From an uncultured Actinomycetes bacterium (GTDB taxonomy: Bacteria > Actinomycetota > UBA4738 > JBBDTT01), in the NCBI GenBank assembly GCA_963742735.1, contig CAVUMN010000003.1, positions 352,001 to 416,000 on the forward strand: a DNA stretch of 64,000 nt, given 5' to 3'. Shown piece by piece: positions 48,469-57,974 of this stretch; the first letter of the stretch is position 1, and every line of letters starts with the position of its first letter. The translations under genes and the position numbers were made by a program. The notes under the pieces are model-generated. The model saw nothing but the letters and a program-made list of their open reading frames with translations. It made no database searches and was not told the DNA's origin.

Positions 48469-49377
48469 GTGACCGAGACCACCGACGATTTCGGGCTGTA
48501 CCTCGAGACGGCCGTGAAGGAGCCCCTCCTCACCAAGGAGGAGGAGGTCGAGCTCGCCATGCTCATCGAGCACGGCGAGGAGGCCAAGGCCAAGCTCACC
48601 GGCGGCCGCCTGCGCTCCAAGGACAGCATCCGCAAGGCGAAGGACGCCGTCCGCAAGGGCGAGGCCGCCCGCCAGCGGTTCATCAAGGCCAACCTCCGGC
48701 TGGTCGTGTCCGTGGCCCGCAAGTACCAGGGCCAGGGCCTGCCGCTGCTGGACCTCGTCCAGGAGGGCAACGTCGGCCTCATGCGTGCGGTCGAGCTGTT
48801 CGACTGGCGCCGGGGCTTCAAGTTCTCGACGTACGCCACCTGGTGGATCCGCCAGGCCATCACCCGCGCGATCGCGGACCAGGGCCGCCAGATCCGCCTG
48901 CCCGTGCACGTCCACGACCAGGTCCGGCGCCTTCGCCGCACCTTCATCCAGCTGTCGCAGTCGCTCGGGCGCGACCCCAAGCCCGACGAGCTCGCCAAGG
49001 CCCTGGAGATCCCGGAGGAGGAGGTCGTCCGCCTGCTCGAGGCCGAGGGCCGCGAGCCGGTGTCCCTGCAGACGCCGGTGGGCGAGGAGACCGAGCTCGG
49101 CGAGCTGATCATCCAGGCCGACGAGCAGAGCCCCCTCGACCAGGTCGAGGACGCCATGCTCCGCGACGAGATGGCCGGTGCCGTCATGAGCACGCTCGAC
49201 CCGCGGGAGCGGCAGGTCATCGCGCTGCGCTACGGGCTGGGCGACGGCCATCCCATGAGCCTGCGCGAGGTGGGCCGCCGCCTGGGCATCTCCGGGGAGC
49301 GGGTTCGCCTGATCGAGCGCGAGGCGCTGCAGAAGCTCCGGAACTCCGAGGTCATCGCGGCGGCCGGCTGGGCCTAG
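48469..49377 (+). CDS. Sigma-70 factor, RpoD/RpoS-like lacking region 1.1 (group 2)
   Basis: [50 protein letters not shown]; SD GGGAG. Confidence 0.92.
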   Translation: MTETTDDFGLYLETAVKEPLLTKEEEVELAMLIEHGEEAKAKLTGGRLRSKDSIRKAKDAVRKGEAARQRFIKANLRLVVSVARKYQGQGLPLLDLVQEGNVGLMRAVELFDWRRGFKFSTYATWWIRQAITRAIADQGRQIRLPVHVHDQVRRLRRTFIQLSQSLGRDPKPDELAKALEIPEEEVVRLLEAEGREPVSLQTPVGEETELGELIIQADEQSPLDQVEDAMLRDEMAGAVMSTLDPRERQVIALRYGLGDGHPMSLREVGRRLGISGERVRLIEREALQKLRNSEVIAAAGWA

Positions 49378-50148
49378 ATGCTCGTCGTCCTCACGGGCGC
49401 CGACGGCACCATCGGCTCCGGGTTCCGTGAGGAATACCTGGCCAACTACGGCGACACGTACGACCTGCGCCTGGCCGTCCACGACGAAGTCTTCCGCGAC
49501 GAGCGTTTCGGCGACGTCGTTCCGTTCGATCTCGCCTCGATCGAGTCGGTCCGGGCCGCCTTCCGCGGCGCCGAGTGCGTGATCTCCCTCGCCGCGAACG
49601 CCGACTGGCAGGCCCCGTGGGAGGACCTCGTCGAGCCGAACCTCCTCGGGCAGATCAACGTGTTCGAGGCGGCCCGCCTGGAGGGAGTGCGCCGCGTCGT
49701 CTGGGCGAGCAGCGTCCACGCGATCATGGGGTACCCCGTGGACCGGCAGGTGCACGAGCACGACGCGCCCTGGGCCGACACGCCCTACGGCGCCACGAAG
49801 GCGTTCGGCGAGGCGCTGTGCGGTGCGTACGCGGCCGGCCGCGCGCTCTCGTGCATCGCCGTGCGGATCGGCGGCTACGTGCCGCCGTCGCGGTTGCACG
49901 AGCTCCATCACTCGAGGAACCCGCAGCTGCTCGACATCGCCATCACCCAGCGCGATATGGCCCAGCTGCTGCATCGCTGCGTGACGGCGCCGGAGTCCGT
50001 CCGGTTCGAGGTCCTGCACGCGCTCAGCGACAACCGGTACAAGCGGATGGACATCGCCCGCGCCCGTGAGGTCGTCGGTTACGCCCCCGAGGACGACGCC
50101 TTCCGGATCAGCGCCGAGATCGAGCTCGGGCCGGAGGAGAGGGTCTAG
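49378..50148 (+). CDS. NAD-dependent epimerase/dehydratase (uronate dehydrogenase-like SDR)
   Basis: LTGADGTIG, WASSVHA, YGATK, VRIG. Confidence 0.88.
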   Translation: MLVVLTGADGTIGSGFREEYLANYGDTYDLRLAVHDEVFRDERFGDVVPFDLASIESVRAAFRGAECVISLAANADWQAPWEDLVEPNLLGQINVFEAARLEGVRRVVWASSVHAIMGYPVDRQVHEHDAPWADTPYGATKAFGEALCGAYAAGRALSCIAVRIGGYVPPSRLHELHHSRNPQLLDIAITQRDMAQLLHRCVTAPESVRFEVLHALSDNRYKRMDIARAREVVGYAPEDDAFRISAEIELGPEERV

Positions 50149-50900
50149 AGCGCGGGGTCGCCCGTCACGTGCTCGACGAGCTCCTCCCTGCCCTCCTCGG
50201 GAGCCAGCTGGACCGCAAGGACGGGGCCTACGCCTTCGCAGTAGTACTTGTTCTCGATCACGTCCGGCTCGAGCGCGGTGGTGTCCTCGGTCTGCAGGCA
50301 CCCTTCGTACGAGCCGAACGGGACCTCCACGTGCTCGTCGAGGCTCAGGATCTTGCCGTTGTCCTCCGCCTCGCCCTCGTAGTACTCCTGCCGGTACTCG
50401 AGGCCGACCTGCGGATCTCCGGGGAGCAGCACGCCGGCCAGCGCGCCGTCCAGGCCGTGCTCCCAGGAGCCCTCGGTGCCGACCACCTCGCCGCCCTGGT
50501 ACTCCTTGGTGTCCTCGCCCAGGTACCAGAGGTTGCCGCTCACGTCCTGGGCGTACCAGTCGAAGGTGTCCTCGATCAGCTCGCCGCCCTGGGTGACCAC
50601 GTCGTGGACCACGGTCGCCGTGATCCCCTCGATCTCGCGGGTGTCCTGCGTGACCGTGACCACGATCCGCTGCCCGCCCTCCTCGTACACCCAGTTGTTG
50701 CCGGGAGTCATCGGCCAGAAGGGGTGGTCGATCCTGTCGACGAAATCGGCCGGGTCGAGCTCCACGGGATCGTCGCCCTGGGGGAGGGGGGACGCGGGGG
50801 ATGCGCGAGGGCTTTCGGAGTTCGGCGTTGGTTCGTCGCCGGAGCACGCCGTCGCCGCCAGCAGGACGACCAGGAGCGCGATGACGGACGGTCTGCGCAC
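50145..50900 (-). CDS. Lipoprotein of unknown function
   Basis: Lipobox AATAC; IDHPFWPMTPG, EDTFDWYAQD..GNLWYLGE, YRQEY, KYYCEGVG. Confidence 0.8.
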   Translation of the reverse strand: MRRPSVIALLVVLLAATACSGDEPTPNSESPRASPASPLPQGDDPVELDPADFVDRIDHPFWPMTPGNNWVYEEGGQRIVVTVTQDTREIEGITATVVHDVVTQGGELIEDTFDWYAQDVSGNLWYLGEDTKEYQGGEVVGTEGSWEHGLDGALAGVLLPGDPQVGLEYRQEYYEGEAEDNGKILSLDEHVEVPFGSYEGCLQTEDTTALEPDVIENKYYCEGVGPVLAVQLAPEEGREELVEHVTGDPAL

Positions 50901-50945
50901 GGCTCGCCCAGCTTAGGTCGTCGGAACTCGGTACGCTGCGCGTCG

Positions 50946-51383
50946 ATGGCCGGGGACTCCGCCGTCGCCACGATCCGCGCCGCCGCCGAGGCGATCATTC
51001 CGACGACTGCGGATGGGCCCGGGGCGGCGGAGCTCGGCGTCGAGCGTCACGTCGTCGAACAGATTGAGGCGACGTTCCCGGGGATGGTGGACCTCCTCGA
51101 GGTGCTGTTGAACGCGTTCGCCGCCGACGTCGTCCCCGGCGCGGGGTTCGGCGACCTCTCGATCGAGGACCGCCAGCAGGTGCTGCGGATCATGTCCTCG
51201 GACGAGAGCCAGGACGTCGTGGAGTGCGTGGACGCGCTGCTGGTCTTCACCTACGGCGGCGTGTACTCGGAGTGGACCGGATACGACCGGGCCACCGGAC
51301 GGCTGGACCCCCCGGCGGCGTGGGCCGAGGTCGGGTACCCGGGCCCGTCGCGGGGTCATCCGGAGTACCGGAGGGACGCGTGA
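50946..51383 (+). CDS. Gluconate 2-dehydrogenase subunit-3-like small subunit
   Basis: AAAEAIIP...PGAAELGV, W..VGYPGP; GTGA overlap with the GMC gene. Confidence 0.75.
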   Translation: MAGDSAVATIRAAAEAIIPTTADGPGAAELGVERHVVEQIEATFPGMVDLLEVLLNAFAADVVPGAGFGDLSIEDRQQVLRIMSSDESQDVVECVDALLVFTYGGVYSEWTGYDRATGRLDPPAAWAEVGYPGPSRGHPEYRRDA

Positions 51384-52990
51384 GCTCCGACGTGATCGTG
51401 GTCGGTGCCGGCGGGGGCGGGCCGGTGGTGGCCAGGGAGCTCGCGGAGCGCGGGATCAAGGTGCTGATGCTCGAGGCCGGGCCGTGGCTCGACCCCGAGC
51501 GCGACTACACCCTGCTCGAGGACGACATGAGTGCGCTCGGCGACGGACGCCTGCGGTGGGGGCCCGGGGACCGGTCGAAGCCCCCGTGGGTCCGCCGCCG
51601 CGACGGCGTCGGGCTGATCCGCCAGCTCGCCGGAGTGGGCGGCACCACGCAGCACTACAACGGGATCTCCGCCCGCCCGTACCCGTCGGCGATCGACGGC
51701 CGGTGGCCCGTCTCCTACGCCGACCTGGTCCCGTGGTTCGAGCGGGTCGAGGAGTTCCTGCCGGTCTCGATGGTGGCCGACCTGGCCACCAAGGACGCGC
51801 TGTTCGCGGCGGGCTGCGAGGCGATCGGCCTGCCGAAGAGCGAGTCGAGGGACGTCGACGGCGCCGCGGTGTGGCGGCCGACGTACAACGCCATCCTCCC
51901 CATCGCGAAGATGACCCCGGACGGACCGCTCACCTACCCCGAGGTCGACGGCTGCACCATGTGTGGCCGGTGCATCGAGGGGTGCCCGAACCCGGTCGGC
52001 GCGCCCCTCGAGCGCAAGGCCAAGCGTTCGACGAACGTCAGCTACGTCCCCGCGGCCGTCTCCACCGGGAACTGCGAGGTCGTCCCCGACGCGTTCGCCA
52101 CCGCCGTCCTGTTCGAGTCCGGCGGCGATCGCGGCGCACGGGTCCGCGGCATCCGGTGGCGATCCACGGAGACCGGCGAGGACGGCGAGGCCGAGGCCCC
52201 GGTCGTCGTCCTGGCGGGCGGAGCCATCGAGTCACCGCGCCTGTACCTGAACTCGGGCCTGCCGAACGCGAACGACGTCGTCGGCCGGTACCTGACCATG
52301 CACCTGCAGGACTTCGTCACGGGCATCTTCGAGCGGGAGGTCCGGCCGGACGTGGGTCAGGTCACCATGGCGCGAGCGGACTTCCCCGGCGAGGCAGGCA
52401 CGCTGTTCACCCAGGGGGTCGGGCCCCAGTCGTTCGCGCTGATCATGAACGCCGGGAAGGGCTTCTGGGACGAGCCGGTGACCGGCGAGCCGTGGGAGAC
52501 GGTCGGGCGGGGATGGGGCGCCGACGCGGCCCGGCGGGTCGCGGACTACCCCCGGTCGCTCACGCTGGTGGTGTGCACCGACGACGAGGAGGCCCCGGAG
52601 AACCGCGTGACGATCGCCGACGACTGGGGCGCCGACGAGAACGGGCCGGTGCCCAAGGTGACCTACCATCCGACGCCGACGTCGGTGCAGCGCCAGGACT
52701 GGCTGGCGCGCAAGGGCGCCGAGATCCTCCGCGCGGCCGGTGCCCGAACCGTGCACCGCACGAACGTCCAGCCCGCGTACCTCACCCACATCATGGGGAC
52801 GCTGCGGATGGGCGCGGACCCGGCGACCAGCGTGGTGGACACGGGCTGCGAGGCCCACGAGGTGGGGGGCCTGTTCGTCGGCGACAGCGCGGCCCTGGTG
52901 AACGGGCTCGGCGGGCCGAACCCCACGCTCACCCTCCAGGCCCTCGCCGCGCGGACCGCGGACCAGATCGCGACGCGGTACTTCGGCTAG
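51380..52990 (+). CDS. GMC family flavin oxidoreductase
   Basis: DVIVVGAGGGG, GVGGTT.HY, CTMCGRCIEGC, LAGGAIESPRL, HIMGTLRMG, NPTLT. Confidence 0.92.
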   Translation: MSSDVIVVGAGGGGPVVARELAERGIKVLMLEAGPWLDPERDYTLLEDDMSALGDGRLRWGPGDRSKPPWVRRRDGVGLIRQLAGVGGTTQHYNGISARPYPSAIDGRWPVSYADLVPWFERVEEFLPVSMVADLATKDALFAAGCEAIGLPKSESRDVDGAAVWRPTYNAILPIAKMTPDGPLTYPEVDGCTMCGRCIEGCPNPVGAPLERKAKRSTNVSYVPAAVSTGNCEVVPDAFATAVLFESGGDRGARVRGIRWRSTETGEDGEAEAPVVVLAGGAIESPRLYLNSGLPNANDVVGRYLTMHLQDFVTGIFEREVRPDVGQVTMARADFPGEAGTLFTQGVGPQSFALIMNAGKGFWDEPVTGEPWETVGRGWGADAARRVADYPRSLTLVVCTDDEEAPENRVTIADDWGADENGPVPKVTYHPTPTSVQRQDWLARKGAEILRAAGARTVHRTNVQPAYLTHIMGTLRMGADPATSVVDTGCEAHEVGGLFVGDSAALVNGLGGPNPTLTLQALAARTADQIATRYFG

Positions 52991-53334
52991 GCGCTCTTGC
53001 GCCCCGCCCGGCGGTTGATCGCGGCGAGCAGCTGGGCCTTGTTCATCCGGCCGCGTCCCCGGATTCCCATGTCCTTGGCTTCCTCATAGAGCTGGTCCCG
53101 GGTTCGCCCGCCCGGACCACGGTGCGATCGGAGACCGCCCCGTCGGCCCGAGGAGATGTCCTCCAGGGACGCCCTCGATGGCCGGCGGGCTTCCCCGGCC
53201 CGAGCTCGTTCCTTGTTGACCGTCCGAGCGGCGATCTCCTCGGCGACCTCGGCGGGCCGGCCCTGTTGCTTCAGACCCTTCTTGATGTGCTCGTACTGGC
53301 GTTCCCGCTTCGCGCTCCACGCTCGCACCGGCAT
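52987..53334 (-). CDS. Small basic actinobacterial protein (often labelled 'plasmid stabilization protein'), Rho-N-like C-terminus
   Basis: KRERQYEHIK, EEIAARTVNKERAR, RTRDQLYEEAK..GIRGRGRMNKAQL; SD AAGGAGG. Confidence 0.8.
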   Translation of the reverse strand: MPVRAWSAKRERQYEHIKKGLKQQGRPAEVAEEIAARTVNKERARAGEARRPSRASLEDISSGRRGGLRSHRGPGGRTRDQLYEEAKDMGIRGRGRMNKAQLLAAINRRAGRKSA

Positions 53335-53414
53335 CCTGGCCTCCTTCCGGCGTCTCCCGTCGGGACGATTCCCCCGGAGGGAGGGGTTGACACCGCCGGC
53401 CGACTATGGTCTGC

Positions 53415-53445
53415 TTCGGACTAGTCCTAAGCAAACTAGTCCGAA
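53415..53445. promoter_or_regulatory. Perfect 11-bp inverted repeat, probable PadR operator
   Basis: TTCGGACTAGT-N9-ACTAGTCCGAA ending 10 nt before the padR ATG. Confidence 0.7.
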
Positions 53446-53455
53446 AGGAACCAGG

Positions 53456-54022
53456 ATGGCGGAGCGGGCCGGCAACCGGGCGAACCTCCCCGAGGTTCCG
53501 ACCACCGCCTACGCGATCCTCGGCCTGCTCACCTTCGGGGAACAGTCGGGCTACGACCTCCAGAAGCTCGTGGAGCGCTCCGTCGGCCACTTCTTCGACC
53601 CGGCCAAGAGCCAGATCTATGCGGAGCTCAAGCGACTCGTCGCGGTCGGGTTCGCCAAGGAGCGCCACGTGCGGCAGGACGACCGTCCGGACAAGCGGAT
53701 GTACTCGGTGACGCCGGACGGGGAGCGAGCGCTCCGGGCGTGGCTGGCCGAGCCGCCCGGCGAGGAGTCCTTCCGGAGCCCGTTCCTCATCCACGTGTTC
53801 TTCGGACACCTGATGGACCGCGAGACCCTGGTGGCCCAGATCCGGGAGCACCGCGACCAGGCCGTCCAGACGCTGGCCGAGCTCCAGGTGACCGAGGCCG
53901 AGATCAAGGACGCCCCGGTCGCCCGCTTCCCGTACATCACGCTCCGTGCCGGGCTGAGCGAATGCCGCCACACCATCGAGTGGGCCGACGAAGTGCTGAA
54001 GGAGCTGGAGGTGGAGCCATGA
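53456..54022 (+). CDS. PadR family transcriptional regulator
   Basis: AILGLL..SGYDL, SQIYAELKRL, RPDKRMYSVT..G..ALRAWL. Confidence 0.93.
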   Translation: MAERAGNRANLPEVPTTAYAILGLLTFGEQSGYDLQKLVERSVGHFFDPAKSQIYAELKRLVAVGFAKERHVRQDDRPDKRMYSVTPDGERALRAWLAEPPGEESFRSPFLIHVFFGHLMDRETLVAQIREHRDQAVQTLAELQVTEAEIKDAPVARFPYITLRAGLSECRHTIEWADEVLKELEVEP

Positions 54023-54969
54023 GCGAGGACGTCGCGGTTGAGGTTCGGGACCTGGTGAAGATCTTCAAGGCGCCGGACGGGGGGACCCTGACCGCCGTCG
54101 ACGGCGTGTCGTTCGAGGTCCGGCGGGGCGAGGTGTTCGGCTTCCTGGGACCCAACGGCGCCGGCAAGACCACCACCCTGGAGATCATCGAGGGCCTGCA
54201 GTCGCCGACGTCGGGATCCACCCACGTCCTGGGGCTCGACTCGCAGCGCGACCGCGGCCGGATGAAGGAGCGCATCGGGGTCCAGCTCCAGGCCGGTGCG
54301 TACTTCGACTTCCTGACCCTGCAGGAGATCCTGGAGCTGTTCGGCTCGTTCTACCGAACCCAGCTTCCCGCCGAGAAGCTCCTCGAGAAGGTCGGGCTCG
54401 TGGAGAAGCGCAAGGCGCTGGTGAACGAGCTCTCCGGGGGCCAGGCCCAGCGGTTCTCGATCGTCGCCTCGATGGTCAACGACCCCGACGTGGTGTTCCT
54501 GGACGAGCCGACCACCGGCCTGGATCCGCAGGCCCGCCGCAACCTGTGGGACTTCATCTCCTGGATCCGCGAGGAGGAGGGCAAGACGGTCGTGATGACC
54601 ACCCACTACATGGAGGAGGCCGAGGTCCTCTGCGACCGGGTGGCGATCATCGACCAGGGGAAGATCCAGGCCCTCGATACTCCGACGGGGCTGGTTCAGG
54701 ACCTTCCGAGCGCGTACCGGATCCGGATCGAGTCGGCGGCGAAGGTCGACGCTCGGCTGCTGAAGCGCCTTCCCACGGTCGCGGAGGTCATCGAGAGCCA
54801 GAACGGGGTCCACCGCTACGAGCTGCACGTGGCCAGGGCGCAGGAGGCCCTGTCTCCGCTCATGGACCTGGTGAACGAGAAGGGCATCGAGCTGGACGAC
54901 CTGCGGGTCATCCCGGCGACGCTGGAGGACGTGTTCCTCTCGCTGACCGGCCGCAGCCTGAGGGAGTGA
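54019..54969 (+). CDS. ABC transporter ATP-binding protein
   Basis: GPNGAGKT, LSGGQ, FLDEPTTGLDP, TTHYMEEA. Confidence 0.95.
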   Translation: MSEDVAVEVRDLVKIFKAPDGGTLTAVDGVSFEVRRGEVFGFLGPNGAGKTTTLEIIEGLQSPTSGSTHVLGLDSQRDRGRMKERIGVQLQAGAYFDFLTLQEILELFGSFYRTQLPAEKLLEKVGLVEKRKALVNELSGGQAQRFSIVASMVNDPDVVFLDEPTTGLDPQARRNLWDFISWIREEEGKTVVMTTHYMEEAEVLCDRVAIIDQGKIQALDTPTGLVQDLPSAYRIRIESAAKVDARLLKRLPTVAEVIESQNGVHRYELHVARAQEALSPLMDLVNEKGIELDDLRVIPATLEDVFLSLTGRSLRE

Positions 54970-54974
54970 GGTCG

Positions 54975-56063
54975 ATGGGCAAGCTGTTCGTCTCGAGCGT
55001 GAAGATGCTCTACCGCGACAAGCAGGCCCTGTTCTGGGCGATGGCGTTCCCGGTGATCTTCGCCGTGGTGTTCGGCCTGTTCGACTTCTCCCAGGCGCCG
55101 GAGGTCACGATCGGCGTGGTCGCGGAGCCGAGGTCCGAGGCCTCCGTCGCGCTGACCAAGGGCCTCGAAGAGATCGACTCGTTCACCGTGGAGTCCCGCG
55201 ACGATCTCGAGGCCGCGCGGCGCGAGGTCGTCGACGGCGACCTGGGGATGGTGCTCGTGGTCCCCGGCGAGAACCCGAGCCTGCGAGGCCGGGTGGGCCG
55301 GGGCGGGGAGATCCAGGTCGTCTACAACGAGTCGAATTTCGAATCGAACCAGTTCGCCCTGTCCGCGATCGAGCGGATCGTGGACGGGCTGAATCTCCAG
55401 TTGGCCGGCGTGGACCGGCCGGCGTTCGCCGTCGAGGCGGAAGCGGTCAAGGGACGCTCGCTCGAGTACTACGACTTCCTGCTGCCGGGGCTGGTGGCCA
55501 TGGGGGTCATGAACTTCGCGATCACCGGCATGGCCATCTCGATCTCGCGGTACCGGGAGCAGCGGATCCTCAAGCGGATCCTGGCCACGCCGCTGCGGCC
55601 GGGGAAGTTCCTGGTCGCCCAGGTCCTGGCCCGGCTCGTGCTCTCGGTGTTCCAGGCCGGCCTGATCCTGGCGGTCGGTGTCTTCGCGTTCGGGGCGAAC
55701 GTGTACGGCAACATCCTGTGGATCTTCGTGCTCGCGACCCTGGCGAACCTGGTGTTCCTCAACATCGGCTTCGCCGTGGCCGGCCGAGCCGCGAATCCGG
55801 ACGCCGCGCAGGGCATCGCCCAGGCCGTGGCGCTGCCGATGATGTTCCTGTCCGGCGTGTTCTTCCCGACGGACACCCTGCCCAACGTCGTCCAGGCGGT
55901 CGTGAAGTGGCTGCCGCTCACGCCGCTGCTCGAGGCGCTGCGCAAGGTCTCGGTGGACGGCCTCTCGATCACCGACACCGGACCCCAGATGCTGATGCTC
56001 GGTGGCTGGGTGATCGTGTCGTTCTTCCTGGCGACGCGGTTCTTCCGGTTCGCCCGGGCGTGA
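54975..56063 (+). CDS. ABC-2 type permease
   Basis: RDKQALFW, YYDFLLPG, REQRILKR, FLSGVFFP. Confidence 0.92.
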   Translation: MGKLFVSSVKMLYRDKQALFWAMAFPVIFAVVFGLFDFSQAPEVTIGVVAEPRSEASVALTKGLEEIDSFTVESRDDLEAARREVVDGDLGMVLVVPGENPSLRGRVGRGGEIQVVYNESNFESNQFALSAIERIVDGLNLQLAGVDRPAFAVEAEAVKGRSLEYYDFLLPGLVAMGVMNFAITGMAISISRYREQRILKRILATPLRPGKFLVAQVLARLVLSVFQAGLILAVGVFAFGANVYGNILWIFVLATLANLVFLNIGFAVAGRAANPDAAQGIAQAVALPMMFLSGVFFPTDTLPNVVQAVVKWLPLTPLLEALRKVSVDGLSITDTGPQMLMLGGWVIVSFFLATRFFRFARA

Positions 56064-56181
56064 GGATCGAGTAGCGTAACGGGCTTCCGAGGGAGCGCCT
56101 GCGGCCTCTTCGCCCGCGTCCGGAGAGGGAATCGAGCCGCCGGTTCCACGGTTGTGACCGGCGAGGGAGGGAGGTCCCCAA

Positions 56182-57174
56182 GTGGCGAAACCTGCCATCA
56201 AGGCCGAGGGCCTGGTGAAGGTGTTCGGCGACGTGCGGGCGGTCGACGGGGTGGACCTCGTCGTCGAGGAGGGCACGATCCTGGGCCTGCTCGGGCCCAA
56301 CGGTGCGGGCAAGACCACCACGATCCGGATGCTGGCGACCCTGATCCCGCCGGACGGCGGCACGGCCACCGTGGGCGGGTTCGACATCGTCCGCGACGCT
56401 CACGCGGTGCGCAGCGTGATCGGCCTCGCCGGGCAGTACGCGGCGGTGGACGAGCTCCTGTCCGGCCGCGAGAACCTGTACATGATCGGGCGTCTCCTGG
56501 GGCTGTCGAAGCGTGCGGCCCGCGAACGGGCGGACGAGCTGCTCGAGCAGTTCGACCTCTCCGACGCCGCGGCGAAGATCGCCAAGCAGTACTCGGGCGG
56601 CATGCGCCGGCGCCTGGACCTGGCCGCGAGCCTGGTGGGCCGGCCGGCGTTCCTGTACCTGGACGAGCCCACCAGCGGGCTGGACCCCCGGAGCCGCCTG
56701 CAGCTGTGGGAGCTCATCAAGGGGCTCGTCTCGCAGGGGACCACCGTCCTGCTGACCACCCAGTACCTGGACGAGGCCGACCGCCTGAGCGACCGAATCG
56801 TGGTCATCGATCACGGCCACGTGATCGCGGAGGGAACCTCGGCCGAGCTCAAGGCACAGGTCGGAGGACAGGTCGTCGAGGTCCAGCCGTCCAACGTCCT
56901 CCACCTCACGAAGGTCGAGAAGGTGCTGGCGCAATTCGCCGAGCCGCCCGGCTCGCTGCGCGTGGAGGACGACCGGGTGAGCGCGGCCGTGACCCATCCG
57001 TCGGTGCTGGCCCAGATCGTCCTGGAGCTGGAGAAGGCGAACGTCTCGGTCGAGGACCTCGCGCTTCGGCGGGCCAGCCTGGACGAGGTGTTCCTGAAGC
57101 TGACCGGGCGGCCGGCCGAGTCCGGGGAGGACCAATCCGACGCGCAGCCCGACCGCGAGAGGAGCCTGGCATGA
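56182..57174 (+). CDS. DrrA-family ABC transporter ATP-binding protein
   Basis: GPNGAGKT, GLAGQYAAVDE, YSGGMRRRLDLA, LTTQYLDEAD. Confidence 0.95.
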   Translation: MAKPAIKAEGLVKVFGDVRAVDGVDLVVEEGTILGLLGPNGAGKTTTIRMLATLIPPDGGTATVGGFDIVRDAHAVRSVIGLAGQYAAVDELLSGRENLYMIGRLLGLSKRAARERADELLEQFDLSDAAAKIAKQYSGGMRRRLDLAASLVGRPAFLYLDEPTSGLDPRSRLQLWELIKGLVSQGTTVLLTTQYLDEADRLSDRIVVIDHGHVIAEGTSAELKAQVGGQVVEVQPSNVLHLTKVEKVLAQFAEPPGSLRVEDDRVSAAVTHPSVLAQIVLELEKANVSVEDLALRRASLDEVFLKLTGRPAESGEDQSDAQPDRERSLA

Positions 57175-57974
57175 GCGCGACGACGGTGCAGCCGACGCGA
57201 CGGCTGGGGATCGGGGCGGCCGTTCGCCACACCCTGACGATCATGCGCCGCAACCTGATCCGGATTAAGTCGGACCCCGAGCAGTGGACGGGGGCGACGA
57301 TCCAGCCGCTGATGTTCCTGACCCTGTTCGTCTACGTCTTCGGCGGGGCGATCGCCGACTCGAGCAAGCAGTACCTGCAGTTCGCCCTGCCGGGCATCCT
57401 GATCCAGGGGATCTCGTTCTCGGGGTGGAACGCGGCGCTCGGGCTGAACAACGACTTCGAGCACGGCCTCATCGACCGGTTCCGCTCGCTGCCGATCGCC
57501 CGCTCGAGCGTCGTCGCCGGCCGGATCGCGGCCGACGCCGTGCTGATCATCTGGGGCGTCGCGGTGATCGTCGGCTTCGGGACGCTGCTCGGGTTCCGGT
57601 TCGGCGGATCGATCGCGGGGAACCTGGGCTCGATCCTGCTGGTGTGGGCGTGGGGCATCACCGTGTGCTGGCCGCTGGCGTTCATCGGGGTCAGCGCGAA
57701 GAGCCCCCAGGCCGTCAACACGGGCGCGTTCATGCTGGTCCTGCCGCTCACGTTCGCGTCCTCGGTGTTCGTGCCGACCGAGACGATGCCCGGATGGCTG
57801 GCGTCCTTCGCCAACGTGAACCCGATCACCAAGGTCACGGACGCGGCGCGCGCGCTGATGCTCGGCGATGGGCCGGTCGGGGAGCCGCTCTTCCACTCGG
57901 TGCTGTGGATGATCGGGATCATCGCCGTGTTCGCGCCGCTCGCGGTGTGGCGCTACCGGAAGCGCGCGATCTAG
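57171..57974 (+). CDS. DrrB-family ABC-2 permease
   Basis: QPLMFL.LF.YVFGG, GLIDRFRSLP, FASSVFVP...MPGWL, NP. Confidence 0.92.
   Translation: MSATTVQPTRRLGIGAAVRHTLTIMRRNLIRIKSDPEQWTGATIQPLMFLTLFVYVFGGAIADSSKQYLQFALPGILIQGISFSGWNAALGLNNDFEHGLIDRFRSLPIARSSVVAGRIAADAVLIIWGVAVIVGFGTLLGFRFGGSIAGNLGSILLVWAWGITVCWPLAFIGVSAKSPQAVNTGAFMLVLPLTFASSVFVPTETMPGWLASFANVNPITKVTDAARALMLGDGPVGEPLFHSVLWMIGIIAVFAPLAVWRYRKRAI

Noticed and set aside
53387-53410. TTGACA...TATGGT sigma70 promoter for padR
   Set aside because: The spacer is only 12 nt, too short for a canonical promoter.
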